DNA of 64,000 nucleotides from the human T2T-CHM13v2.0 reference genome, Homo sapiens. The stretch is taken from NCBI RefSeq assembly GCF_009914755.1, contig NC_060931.1; one strand, given 5' to 3'. Numbering within the stretch: position 1 is the first letter of the stretch; each line of letters starts with the position of its first letter. The notes beneath the pieces are model-generated. The model did not search any database. It was not told the origin of the DNA and was given only the letters and a program-made list of their open reading frames with translations. The translations under genes were made by a program, and so were the position numbers. Of this stretch, positions 12,439-27,198 are shown piece after piece.

Positions 12439-14897
12439 AGTTGGAGTCTGACTAATGTACTATATTTGGAGAATGAGGGGTTGGGTAAGCTATTAGGAGT
12501 TGGTTTTGTGGAAAAATGTCCATTCTTCTAATAATAGTTAACAAACATAAAACATTAAAAATTTTTTAAAAAATTGCTTTCTATTCAGGCATGGTTATAA
12601 ATCAAAAACAGAATCAAGGAGTCTCAATTTACCTCTCATTTGAAAAAATAATTAATTAATTGGCATTGGCAACTACCAAAACAAAATCACAAAAATCTCT
12701 GACATTTTGTAAAATTTACCAAGTAATAGCAAAGTTGGATTGGTCTCAATTTTGATCAGCTACCCACACTTCTGCCCCAGTTAATCTTACTTTTGCGTCT
12801 ATCGTGAAGTTTTGATTGATAAAAAGCCTTCTAGAAGGTTGATCCAGAAGAAAAGTACCTTTTCTTTCATCTTCATCTCCTAGCTCTCTTAATTATGGCA
12901 TTGCTTCCCTTCTAGAGCCTAAGGTGTTTCAGTTTTCTTTAGTCAGTGTGCATAAAAAATCTTTCTGTGTCTTAGAAGTGTTGAGTCAACTCTGGTTATT
13001 ATTTATTAAATCATAATTTTAAAATGTCAAGAGATTACTATTATTGTTATTTTTACCAGATGTGATTTTTCTTGGTAGGTTGGGTTTAATTGCTGTGAGT
13101 GGTTTACAAAATCATAATTTTCTTAATGCTTTAGAGACTGAAAAGAAGTCACTTGTTTGTGAGTAATATTGGGTCCACACTCTTGAAATCCAAGAAGCTT
13201 AAAAATCCAAGTGTTTTGTAAGGTTCACACAAACTTACTTGATGGCAAAGCCTAACGGAACTGGTAGGAGTTTATTTGTAGTATTTATTTCTCATACTCT
13301 GTAAATAGGATTTATACTTTTCTCCGCAGAAATAATGTTTGATTATAGGATAATACCATGGACTTCACTGGGGGTATTAGTGTAATATATGGTGCATGTT
13401 CCATGTTACCCTTGAAAATCTGAGAAATTATGAATTCTGAAACACATCTGGTTCTTAAAGTTTCAGATAGGGAATTGCTGACCCGTATGATATTGCTCTT
13501 GTATCCTATGCAAGGTTGTTTAGGATAAGAGTGTTTTTTTCAGAACAGTCCCAAGTAAGCTATGGATACCTACATGACAGTTGTGAGATTGATAATGATT
13601 TCATAGGGTCAGTCAGTATCTGTTAAATGTTAGTGTTTATTTTTTATGCAATTTTGCTTGCAGGATGTTTTTGTTAGCAGTCATTTGTATGTGACTTGTG
13701 GGGTTCACTAGATACCAGATACTAATTACAGACAGCTTCCTTCAATTTTAGTGCTTAGTTAATTACAGAGGTTAAGCCTAGTTGAGTTAATAGAAATTAA
13801 AATGATGTGGAAACACTTTACTTTTTCCACCATTTTATCATTACCTTTTTCTTGGCTATAGGTGCAAAAAAATTCATCATCCTGTGGATTTTACTGGCTA
13901 AGACTTAACTGGTTTCTTCCCCATCTCCTACTGCTCCCTGTCCTCTTTCCCTCCTCCCATTTATTTCTCGCTTCAAAGATTTTAGATTGTTATTTACTTA
14001 ATTGGGTACAAAAAGAATGATTACTGAGTACTTACTGAGTAATGATTACTGAGTTACTAAGTAGTGTTGGGTTGAGAGGGACTGGGCTGCCCTAGGCAGG
14101 AGTGGAAGAAACCTGCTAGAAAGCTTACAGTCCTGTGAGCTCTTTAATGTCTTCAGCCTAACTTTTTAGTAACCTCTGTGACTGCTCATTTTCAGGATGG
14201 ACTGCTTTATTCATCAATTTCTTCCATTCTAGAGCATATAGTAGTTACTGCGTAGAAGTTTTGAAAGTGTAGTGACTCTTCTTTTATTGATACGAACAGT
14301 ATCCTAATAAACAGGAAGATTGATAATTTCTCTTGCAACTTCCTTTTTCTGTGCCATTGCTGTTGTCTCTTTTCACCTGTGTTCTTGGTATTCCTAAAAT
14401 TTGTTTGGTATATTAGAGTTGTAGTATAAGTTGACTATCATAAATATCTATGCTTATTTTACTGGGTAAAGAGTAAAATAAATGAAGCAGTTTTATGGGT
14501 TAGATTTATCTTGTTTTGGTTTTGACTCAATACTTACAAGTCCATATAGTTTATAAAAGATGTTTAAGGGAGGAAGAATTTTGTCTGTATTATCAGTAAA
14601 ATTAAAATCAAGTGCCCAATCTTAAAAGAAGCACATTTACTTTAAAAAATAATTGCCTTTTCAGTACCAAATATTGCCATATGACACAAATTAGTGCTTC
14701 TCTTTTTAAAGCATATTTTAATTTAGGGTTATCTATATTCATCTTCATTAGCACTATACTGAACTAAAACCATTGTATCAACTTCATTGATTTATTATTT
14801 GATCAGGTTGGGAATGTCTACCATTCTTTGACTTAAATTTGTTTATATTGTTTTGCAAGTTATTCACAAATTTTGGTGGTTTCATTTGTGTCAGCGT

Positions 14898-14914
14898 TGT
14901 GTGTGTGTGTGTGT
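14898..14914 (+). repeat. (TG)8 microsatellite upstream of exon 3 acceptor
   Basis: Direct reading; T10 follows at 14935-14944. Confidence 0.9.
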
Positions 14915-14960
14915 ATGTATATACATATGTGTGGTTTTTTTTTTCTCATATTTTCAACAG

Positions 14961-15748
14961 ATTCTGAAGGGAGTGGTAATGGAAGTGAAGATGCTTCAAA
15001 GGACAGTGGAGAAGGTTCCTGTAGTGATTCTGAAGAAAATATTTTAGAAGAAGAACTGAATGAAGATATTAAAGTAAAAGAAGAACAACTTAAAAATTCT
15101 GCAGAGGAAGAAGTACTATCATCAGAAAAACAATTAATTAAAATGGAAAAGAAGGAAGAAGAAGAAAATGGAGAAAGACCTAGAAAGAAAAGGGAGAAAG
15201 AGAAGGAAAAAGAAAAGGAAAAGGAGAAAGAGAAGGAAAGAGAGAAGGAAAAAGAAAAAGCAACAGTATCTGAGAATGTGGCTGCTTCTGCTGCTGCCAC
15301 CACACCAGCCACAAGTCCTCCTGCTGTTAACACATCCCCTTCTGTTCCCACTACGACAACCGCTACAGAGGAACAAGTCAGCGAGCCAAAAAAATGGAAC
15401 CTTCGACGAAACCGACCACTTCTGGATTTTGTGTCCATGGAAGAGCTGAATGACATGGATGACTATGACAGTGAGGATGACAATGATTGGCGACCTACTG
15501 TAGTAAAGAGAAAAGGGAGATCTGCATCTCAGAAAGAGGGAAGTGATGGAGACAATGAGGATGATGAAGATGAGGGAAGCGGGAGTGATGAAGACGAGAA
15601 TGATGAAGGCAATGATGAAGATCATAGTAGCCCTGCCAGTGAAGGGGGTTGCAAGAAGAAGAAGAGTAAAGTTCTTAGCAGAAACAGTGCTGATGATGAG
15701 GAACTGACCAATGATAGCCTGACCCTATCTCAAAGCAAGAGTAATGAG
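14961..15748 (+). CDS. PHF14: PHF14 exon 3 (aa 38-300; acidic, EK-repeat, low complexity)
   Basis: Acceptor ttttcaacAG|ATTCTG, donor AATGAG|GTAGAT; 788 nt; lies in ORF 14873-15805. Confidence 0.97.
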
Positions 15749-18178
15749 GTAGATCAACCCAATTTTTATATCTGTCTGTCTGGGGAAAAGGGAATTCTTC
15801 TCTAAATCACTCTACACATTGTATTAAGTGGCTTCCTTGAAATCCTATTTATAGACGGCTGTGGGATGAATGAGCACCCTAACTGTAACATTTTTTCATT
15901 TGGCCAACAGACTTTTATTAAATATCTACTATTTGTCACCGTTCTCAAGGAGCTCACAATCTCTGTCCTCAAGGAGAAATATTTAGAGAAATATTTTTAT
16001 ATCCATAGACTTGGGAAATGACAAAGTTTTCCATTCTCCTTTTTATCCCTTTACTCCTTTGTTCACAGGACTGCTGAATGGTGCTGAGTGCATTATGAAA
16101 ACAAAGGTCACCTTTCTTTCAACTTAGTTGTGTCCATATCCATATTAAAATATAGGCCTTTAGAATACCTTAGAGCAGGGCAACAGTCTAATGATTTTCT
16201 GAAACCTTTAGAGATTCGTTTTAAATATTAATTCCTTTACCAGTTGTAGCACTCATCATCTTTTTAGTCACCAAATCTTTGCTTTATGTGTATGGGACAT
16301 ACACATAAGTATGAACTATTTTTACATATATTTAGTAAATAAATTCTCTCTACAAAGAAATGGAATAAAAACCCAAACATTTCCATCATAAAACAGACAT
16401 TTTTGTCACAAAACTGCAGTAATGGCTCAGTGCTTCTACTTGAAGTTCTACTACTGAAAGTTAGGTTTATTCATTGATCTCAGAGATGCATCATTCAAGA
16501 CTCTTCAGTCAAACACATTTGTGTCTCTTTGTCTGTGTGTTTTTGTATATGTTTTTCTTCAAAAGAAAGATTGAGTTGTTGTCTTACATGTAGATGTATC
16601 TGTTACATCACATGTAGAACTGTAATAATTCTGTGATTTCTGTTAATGTGTTTATATTCACCAAAATTTATTTCTTTACCAAACACTTATTTTTTTCCAT
16701 ATCACTGAAGTAAGTTAAACGGGTAGAAAGATTTTTCCTCTTATGCTTTATTTGTTCTTTCACATTTTTCTGCCTACAAGTTTTACATAGCAGTGATTAT
16801 CTATTTTAATTGCTTTGCTTAAAAATTTGGTGATTTCGTTACCAAAATAATCTATAGCAGGCTGTGAGGTTATCAGTGGAGATGAGACAGCAGTTTATAT
16901 TTGGATTATAAACATTGGTTAACTTCTGAAACCAATATTTTATATGAAAAAATATTGCCTGCCTTCAATGTCATTCTAATTCTTACCTTTAAAGGAAAGT
17001 TGTCATTTGGGAAATAGTGTAATATTTTTAATGATATAGCACAGGCAGTTCCATATTATCAATGCTATCTTAAACAGGCATGGAAAAATCTAATTGTTTG
17101 TATTTAATTTAGGCATGCATGCAGTTTACGTTATAGCAGTTAATACTCTATATCTAATGAATAAGTTTACTTTTGACCACATCACTTTCTTCATTTTTAT
17201 TAGGTTGATATTCTTAGAAGTAGTCTAGCTAATGATAGAGGCAGTGTCGATTAGATTTATGCTAAAATGTGGGGGACACCTGCATGTGTTTAGGAATTTG
17301 CCACGTAAAGTGTGTGTAGTATCTGTTTATTAAACCTGTACTTCATAAATACTGCCTAAGAGGTTGTAGACTAACATTTATGATGCATTTAAAGTCCATG
17401 TGTTGGTTGTTTAGTTTTTTTTCCCCACTAGAAGACACTTTAGTAAATAAAGGGACCTTTTATGTTTAGGTTAATAGTCCCAAACACAAACACATTCCAG
17501 GAATGAGATTCCAAAGTGCTTCTTCGAAAAGTGCCCATGTAGAAGAGATTATAAAAAGGTACTTTTTCTCCAGAATAATTCTCCTTAAAAGCTTGAGTCA
17601 TTTTCCCCTCAATTCTATTATTCAAGCTCTACAGTAGTTTTTTGATGATTTTAGTTTATTTAAATTATGTCCCTCAAATTAGATAATTACATTTTAATTA
17701 AAAAACTAATCAATTGTGATTATTAGTTATATTTCTAGTTTTCTTATTTGTATGATCTTAATTTTGTGAAAAGATGATTAAAGCTAGTCCTTGTTGCCTG
17801 TGGCCAATGTTTGGGTCTTAATCTTCCTGGTTATTTTAGCTAGTGATAATTTCTGTGTCCAATACATAGTTAAGTATATATTTGATTATATTTGAAGTTT
17901 GATTTTCCCTGCTTTTACTTTGTTTTCAGAAACTACTTTGTAGTAGAGTTAGGTGAAAATGTAGCTTTAGAAATACATAATAGAAATATATAATTATACC
18001 ATATTTAGTTTATAAGCAGGCAGACATTTTTCTTAGCTGCTAAGTTCATTTGTAGCAAAATAATGACCTGAAACTTTCATAATTTTGAAGTTTCTTAAGG
18101 GAACTTGATATTTATTTTAGCAGGGCCCTTTTATAATTACTGCTCTTAATGGCCTTAACATATGCTTAATGGCCTTAA

Positions 18179-19135
<957 letters not shown>

Positions 19136-20426
19136 CTCTAGAACTGGGCATTAGATAAACTGCATTTTCCGCAAACGGACACCTGTTTTTGTCAATAACC
19201 TTATGGCATTTTTTAAATTTAGTGCAGCCTGAAGAATCCCCTTGAAATGTGGTTGTATGTCTTTTTCAGCCGTTAATCTTGCAGCTTTGAGATTCCTTAA
19301 GATTATCTTGCCCTTTAGTTTTCTGAGGTAAGTTTTTTGGGGACGGCAGTGTACTATTTTCAGAAATGGTTCCCATTTTCAAGACTTTGAAACTAAAGTT
19401 TTGCATGAGAATTAATCCATGACCGTAAATTATATCAATAGAATTGGCATTTTTGTTTTGTAAAAGAAAGAAGAGCTCTGTTCTCACAGAAAATATTTAA
19501 AATTAGAGACAGTTTGGATTTTGGATTACTGCTTTATAAATGTAACTTTATGTTCTTTGCTGAGTAGAATTTTTTTTCCATAAAAGTCTCCGTTAAGTAC
19601 ATTAGATGTCATGTTGAGAAATGGCAATTGTCACCTGATTTTTGTGAATTAAAATGTAAATGTTTTGCCAAAATTTATAAATATCCACTTCTATTTGGGA
19701 CTTCTAACTTATTAATCAGTTGTCTTTTTACACATTGCAAAATGAAACAAATTGCTCTGAGTCCTAAAAAAAGGTCAGTTCTGTAACATTTATAAATATC
19801 GAGATTCATGAGAATTTAACCTTTTCTAAAAATGTAGAGGAAGTATGATTGGTCAAGCTTTTTGTTATAATAATTTTTTCTTATCTTCAGGGCAGTAGGA
19901 TTCTTTTAATTCTAATTTTACAGGAAATGCGCTGGAATTTCCTTGTATTAAACACATGTGATTTAGATAAAATTTAGCCTATTGTATATATCATTTACAG
20001 TCATATGTGGAATATATATATATAAATGAACAGTAAGTATATTTTAGAGCCTGTGGAGAACATTGATCAGTATTATCATTTTGGGGGTAAGTTTTAAATC
20101 CTGATGGAAAGAATGCAATAATTTACTATAAGTAGTGATTGATTTATTCATATACTGTCATTTATTCTTCCTATAATTACATTGGATTCCATTAAATTAT
20201 TCCATCATAATAAAGTTATTTTCTAGGTGGTACTTTTTTGCCATTCAAAACCTATTTTCCTGATGTCTATTTTTATGTAAAACCATATTTTAGAAATTTT
20301 ATGTTAAAAGCTTCAGCTTAACTACTTTCTCTGAAACCTTGAAAGATGATATACGTCTTCAGAAATATACTAACAACAGTTGATAATAAATCAGGTTTTG
20401 TATTGATCTAATCATAAGTGTGCTTA

Positions 20427-20705
<279 letters not shown>

Positions 20706-22228
20706 CTAGCCATTTGGTTAGGGAAATATTTTATCTCTAGTTTTCCCTATTTCCCTCTTTGCGTTACATTTCTATTAAGAGCCTCAAGTCATGAGGATCA
20801 GAGGGCCAGAAACATTAGTTAATGTTGTTTTCTCTGCCTCTAAATGATAATAGATGTGGAGAGAAATTGGCGTAGAGATATGATTTAGGCATTTATGGTT
20901 TTTCTGAGCAAAATGGAAAAATAGGAAAATAGAGGAATTAGAACTGCATTTTGATACAACTTTTTCTGACCTTTAGAAATTTACTTGTTTCCCATATGGG
21001 TAAACCTTTTTTCCAGGGCTGATTAATTTTAATTCCACCAGAGAAATTACCACACAGTCCATAAAGACATGTAGCATCCTAATTTTCAAACTGTGATTGT
21101 TTGCTAAATTAGTTTCTAGTCTGTTTTTTTTTTTTTTTTTTTTTTTAACCTAGATGTGGTATTCCAAGGAAAGTCTTTTTTGGACTTACCGTGGGGATGA
21201 TATTTAAAGTAGTAGTGCTCATTGGAGCTTGCAACTTTTCTTTTGGGGGTACAAGGAAGATCCTCAGTGTAATAAATTATCAGTTCATTTTCCTCTTTTT
21301 GAACCACCTTAACAAGAGATACAGCGGAAAGGAAAAGGCATTGACCATTTATTGAGTGTCTAGTTTGTGCCAGGAACATTCTTGCCATATATTGTTAATT
21401 CTTATAACCTCCTGAAGTAGATATTATTTTTATCGCCATTTTGCAGATAAAGAAATTACAGCTTCGAGGTTCAGTAGGGAATAAGCGAGAGGTGAGAAAG
21501 AAACTTAGGAATGTTTGATTTCAAGTCAACTTTGAAGCATGGCTAGTAGTATGAAAATCTGGGCAGATTTTTGTTTGCTTACTCTGGTACTGTAAAACCA
21601 GATGAGTTTTCTTTAGGATGTTTTCAGTTTTATTTGCCGGCCATTTGTCAGCCCCAGACCTATTTTATTTGGTTTTATAACACAGAGAAGCAAAATACAG
21701 AACTTAGAAATACTAGAATTCTAAAGAGAAATGATACTATATTCTTGTTGATGTTTGCATTCTTTTCTGATTGTTTTACAAATCTGCCGCAATTTTAGAT
21801 GTTATACACAAAGTATATTGGAAGAATTATTAATTGTGACCTTCAAGTGTATTCAAGTGTCAGTTACAAATTGCTGTTGAAATGATGGCTCCAAATGTTA
21901 CTTTTGGATATTGGTTGAGTTTAAAAGAATATAAAAATATAAAAAATAATAAAACATATTTATGAAAAATATATATTGTGTATTGTATGAAACTAATTTA
22001 TTAAATTTATTTCTGAATATTGTTAGGTTCATAAATAAAAATGTATGGACCCAAGTGCCATCTTTTATTATATGTAATGTTAAGCACAATCTATTAAATA
22101 TGCAAGAATCATTTTCTTAACTTACTTAAAGTTTAAATCTATAATGCAGAAGGTTTAAATGCAAACAAGCAGACCCTCTTCTGAAATTTTATCTTTTAAA
22201 TATTAGTTTATTAATACGTCTTCCTATA

Positions 22229-22520
22229 CTTTTTCTTTTTGAGACAGGGTCTTGTGCTGTCCCCCAGGCTGAAGTGCAGTGGCGAGATAATAGCTTGCTG
22301 CAGCATTGAATTCCTGGGCTCAAGTGATCTTCCCGCCTTAGCCACCTGAGTACCTGGGACTAAGGGCATGCATCACCACGCCCAGCTAATTTTAAAATAT
22401 TTTGTAGAGACAGGATCTCACTGTGTTGCCCAGGCTGGTCTCAAACTCCTGGCCTCAAGTGATCCTCCTGCTTCAACCTCCCACTGTATTTGGGATTACC
22501 GGTGTGAGCCACTGTGCCCA
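22229..22520 (-). mobile_element. AluJ-like
   Basis: Diverged Alu dimer. Confidence 0.85.
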
Positions 22521-23294
22521 TCCTCTCTTTTTATAGTATCACTAGCTAGATGTATTTATTACCAGTTTACACTGGATATTTCTTGATAGAGACCTAATTA
22601 ATAGAGTTCTCTGACCCTTCTAGCAGCTAGTCAATCTGGATCCTTTTTTAGATTATTTTCTGTATCTCTGTGTATTCATATACCTACGCAGGCTCTCATG
22701 GATCTGTCTTACAGTAGTTTGATAATGCTGGAATTTCTGAATTTCCCGGTACTTAAGGAGTATAGAGTCCTTAAGTGTGCCATCACATACATACTTGCTT
22801 ATATGTTATTTTGAATTGATTTTTTCCTATTTTGTATATGTGCGTCTTGTCTTCTCTAGGTAGGATTATAAGCTCCTAAAGTGTAAGAATCATGTCTTGT
22901 GCTTTTAAAACACATGTATAGGATCAATGATTACTTTGATTACTTGTGGATTCATTTTTCGTTTTTCCTAGTTTAAGGGGCAAAGCAGAATAGCAAAGCA
23001 GATCAACAGTAGTTAGTTGCATGCGTGCTTTTTCATATCCTAGAGGAGAGAGAATACGAAGCTTGCAGAGAAGTGAAAAATTAAATAAGAGGGTGCTTAC
23101 AGGGTTCTTTGATAAAGAGGTCAAGTATATATTTCTCAAATATAATGTACTTTGAAGTTAATAAAAGAATGGAAAATGGGGCATACATTTGGAAATGCAT
23201 ATAATAATGTTTAAGTAATAAAGAATTTTAGTGATTAAGTTTTTTTTTTACTTTAAATGTGATTTTCTGATATATGTTAATATTTTAATATTAG

Positions 23295-23439
23295 GACTCG
23301 CTGATTCTTGAGAAGAGTCAAAACTGGAGCTCTCAAAAAATGGACCATATTCTGATTTGCTGTGTTTGTCTGGGAGATAATAGTGAGGACGCTGATGAAA
23401 TAATTCAGTGTGACAATTGTGGCATTACAGTCCATGAAG
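23295..23439 (+). CDS. PHF14: PHF14 exon 4 (N-terminal half of PHD1)
   Basis: Acceptor ttaatattAG|GACTCG, donor GAAG|GTAATG; 145 nt; DSLILEKSQNWSSQKMDHILICCVCLGDNSEDADEIIQCDNCGITVHE. Confidence 0.96.
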
Positions 23440-23505
23440 GTAATGTTGCTTTCTTTTCTCTCTTTTTAGAAATGGCTGACTGTGGCTCTTTTACATTTGT
23501 ACTAA

Positions 23506-24490
<985 letters not shown>

Positions 24491-24654
24491 TTATTTCCAG
24501 TTTTTTTTTTTTAATTTTAAATTTTTAAAAATTATTTCTAGTTTTTAAATAAAATTCAGAAGTAGGAAAAAGTTGACTATTTTAGTCTGATAGAAAGCAT
24601 TCTTAAAAAATTTATATTCTATCAATTTTTTGTAGCTTCTTCTTTCATAGTTGT

Positions 24655-25279
<625 letters not shown>

Positions 25280-26318
25280 GGCATTCTCTTACATAACCAC
25301 ATAATTATCAAAGTCAGGAAGTTAGCATTGATGAAATGCTGTTTTATCTAATTTATATAGATTGTATTCAGATGTTGCCAATTGTCCCAACAATGTCATT
25401 TCTAACAAAATCAAAGCCAGGATCATGTATTGCATTTAATCGTCATGTCTGTTTAGTCACCTTTAATGTAGAACAGTCCTTGAGTTTCTGTCTCATAGAC
25501 ATTTTTAAATATATAGTCCAGTTTTTTTTATTTTGGTTTGTTTTTACAGAATGTTCCTAATATGATTAGATTTGGGTTATATGCTTTTGGCCGGAATACC
25601 ACGGAAGTTATATAGTGTTCTTAGTGCATCGTATTAGGAAGCATATGATATTTATTTGTGCAGTTACTGGTGATATTACTATTACTTTTTTTCTCATTTT
25701 TATTGCATAAGCCTACCAATTTAGAATACTGGTGATATTTTGATCACTTGGTTGAGAGGGTGTCTTTCTGGTTTATCTGTGGTAAAGTTATTTTTTCTTA
25801 CCAATTAATTATTATTATTATTATTATTTTTTAATCAGGGCTGTGACTACCACAAAACAGTATTTCTATGGCCTTTCTCTTACCTGCTTTTCTGGTATTA
25901 CAGCCCTTGTCCCAAGTAATTCTGGGAGTCTGCTGGACTTGTGGGACTTTGCATGATCTGTGATTCTCTAGCTAATGCTCTGATCTTCATGTGGAGCTGC
26001 CCTTTTTTTGCTGCTAACACTCACTGTGGGAATATCTCCAGTTACTGTTATTCATTTATATTTTTAGTAATGTTTGTTGAGTACCTTCTATGTGCTTGGT
26101 ATTCTGTAAATTTTAGGCATATGAAATAGAATGTACACATTGTTGACCTGGTGGAACTTAATGTCTGGACAGACAGGCAGTAAACAAACCAATAAATATC
26201 TCTTAGTTGGTGGCCCAGATTCTGAAGAAAAATGAAGTAGGACAAGGAGTATAGGAATGCTGTGTGTGAGGGTGGTTGGGTGAGTTGCAGAAGTTTGTAT
26301 TTGTAAAAATTGATAAGG

Positions 26319-27040
26319 GGCTGGGTACGGTGGCTCATGCCTGTAAATCCCAGCACTTTGGGAGGCCAAGGCAAGCGGATCACCTGAGGTCAGGAGTTTG
26401 ATATCAGCCTGGCCAAAATGGTGAAACGACGTCTCTGCTAAAAGTACAAAAATTAATCCGGCATGGTGGCACGTGCCTGTAATCCCAGCTACTCTGGAGG
26501 CTAAGGCAGGAGATTTGCTGGAACCTAGGAGGTGGAGGCTGCAGTGAGCCAAGATTGCGCCAGTGCACTTTGGCCTGGGTGACAGAGGGTGACTCTGTCT
26601 CAAAAAAAAAAAAAAAAAAGTTGTTAAGGGAAATCCACTCTGATAAGAGGATATTTGAGCAGTGACCTGAAGGAAGTAAAGGAGCAAGTCACTTAAATAT
26701 ATTGGGAACGAGCACTGCAAGTGGAGGGAGTAGTGAATGTAAAGATCTCAGCCAAGCACAATGGCCCACGCCTGTAATCCCAGCACTTTGGGAGGCCGAG
26801 GCAGTGAATCACTTGAGGTCAGAAGTTCAAGGCCAGCCTGTCCAACATGGTGAAACCCCATCTCTACTAAAAATACAAAAAATTAGCTGGGCATGGTGGC
26901 ATGTGCCTGTAGTCCTAGTTACTCAGGAGTCTGAGGCAGGAGAATGGCTTGAACCCAGGAGGCAGAGGTTGCAGTGAGCTGAGGTCGAGCCACTGCACTC
27001 CAGTCTGGGCAACAGAGTGAGACTCCGTCTCAAAAAAAAA
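26319..27040 (+). mobile_element. Two sense AluS (26319-26619, 26750-27040) within L2-like sequence
   Basis: Alu consensus matches. Confidence 0.88.
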
Positions 27041-27198
27041 GATCTTGAAGTGGTAGCATGCTTAAGAGTGTTTGTATAATGGCACAGAAGTTTGTATGGC
27101 TAGAACTGGGTGAGCAAGCTGGTTAGTGGTGGGAGTAGAGATGGGAGTAATCCAGCTGGGGTCTTGCAGATTCCGGTACTGATTTTAGATTTTATTAT

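Noticed and set aside
7536-14960. Scattered ACTAAY (QKI-type) motifs as drivers of exon 3-4 circularisation
   Set aside because: A handful in 7.4 kb of AT-rich sequence is about what chance gives; enrichment cannot be supported by eye
14860-15625. 198-aa and 163-aa antisense ORFs over exon 3
   Set aside because: Stop-poor mirror frames of a purine-rich low-complexity coding exon (poly-SF/FL); no independent promoter or splice evidence
14873-15805. 310-aa ORF as a single-exon gene
   Set aside because: It is exon 3 plus intronic flanks; the N-terminus translates the TG/T tract
26088-26720. 210-aa minus-strand ORF and the many LECSG/DSPASAS ORFs
   Set aside because: Alu-derived translations
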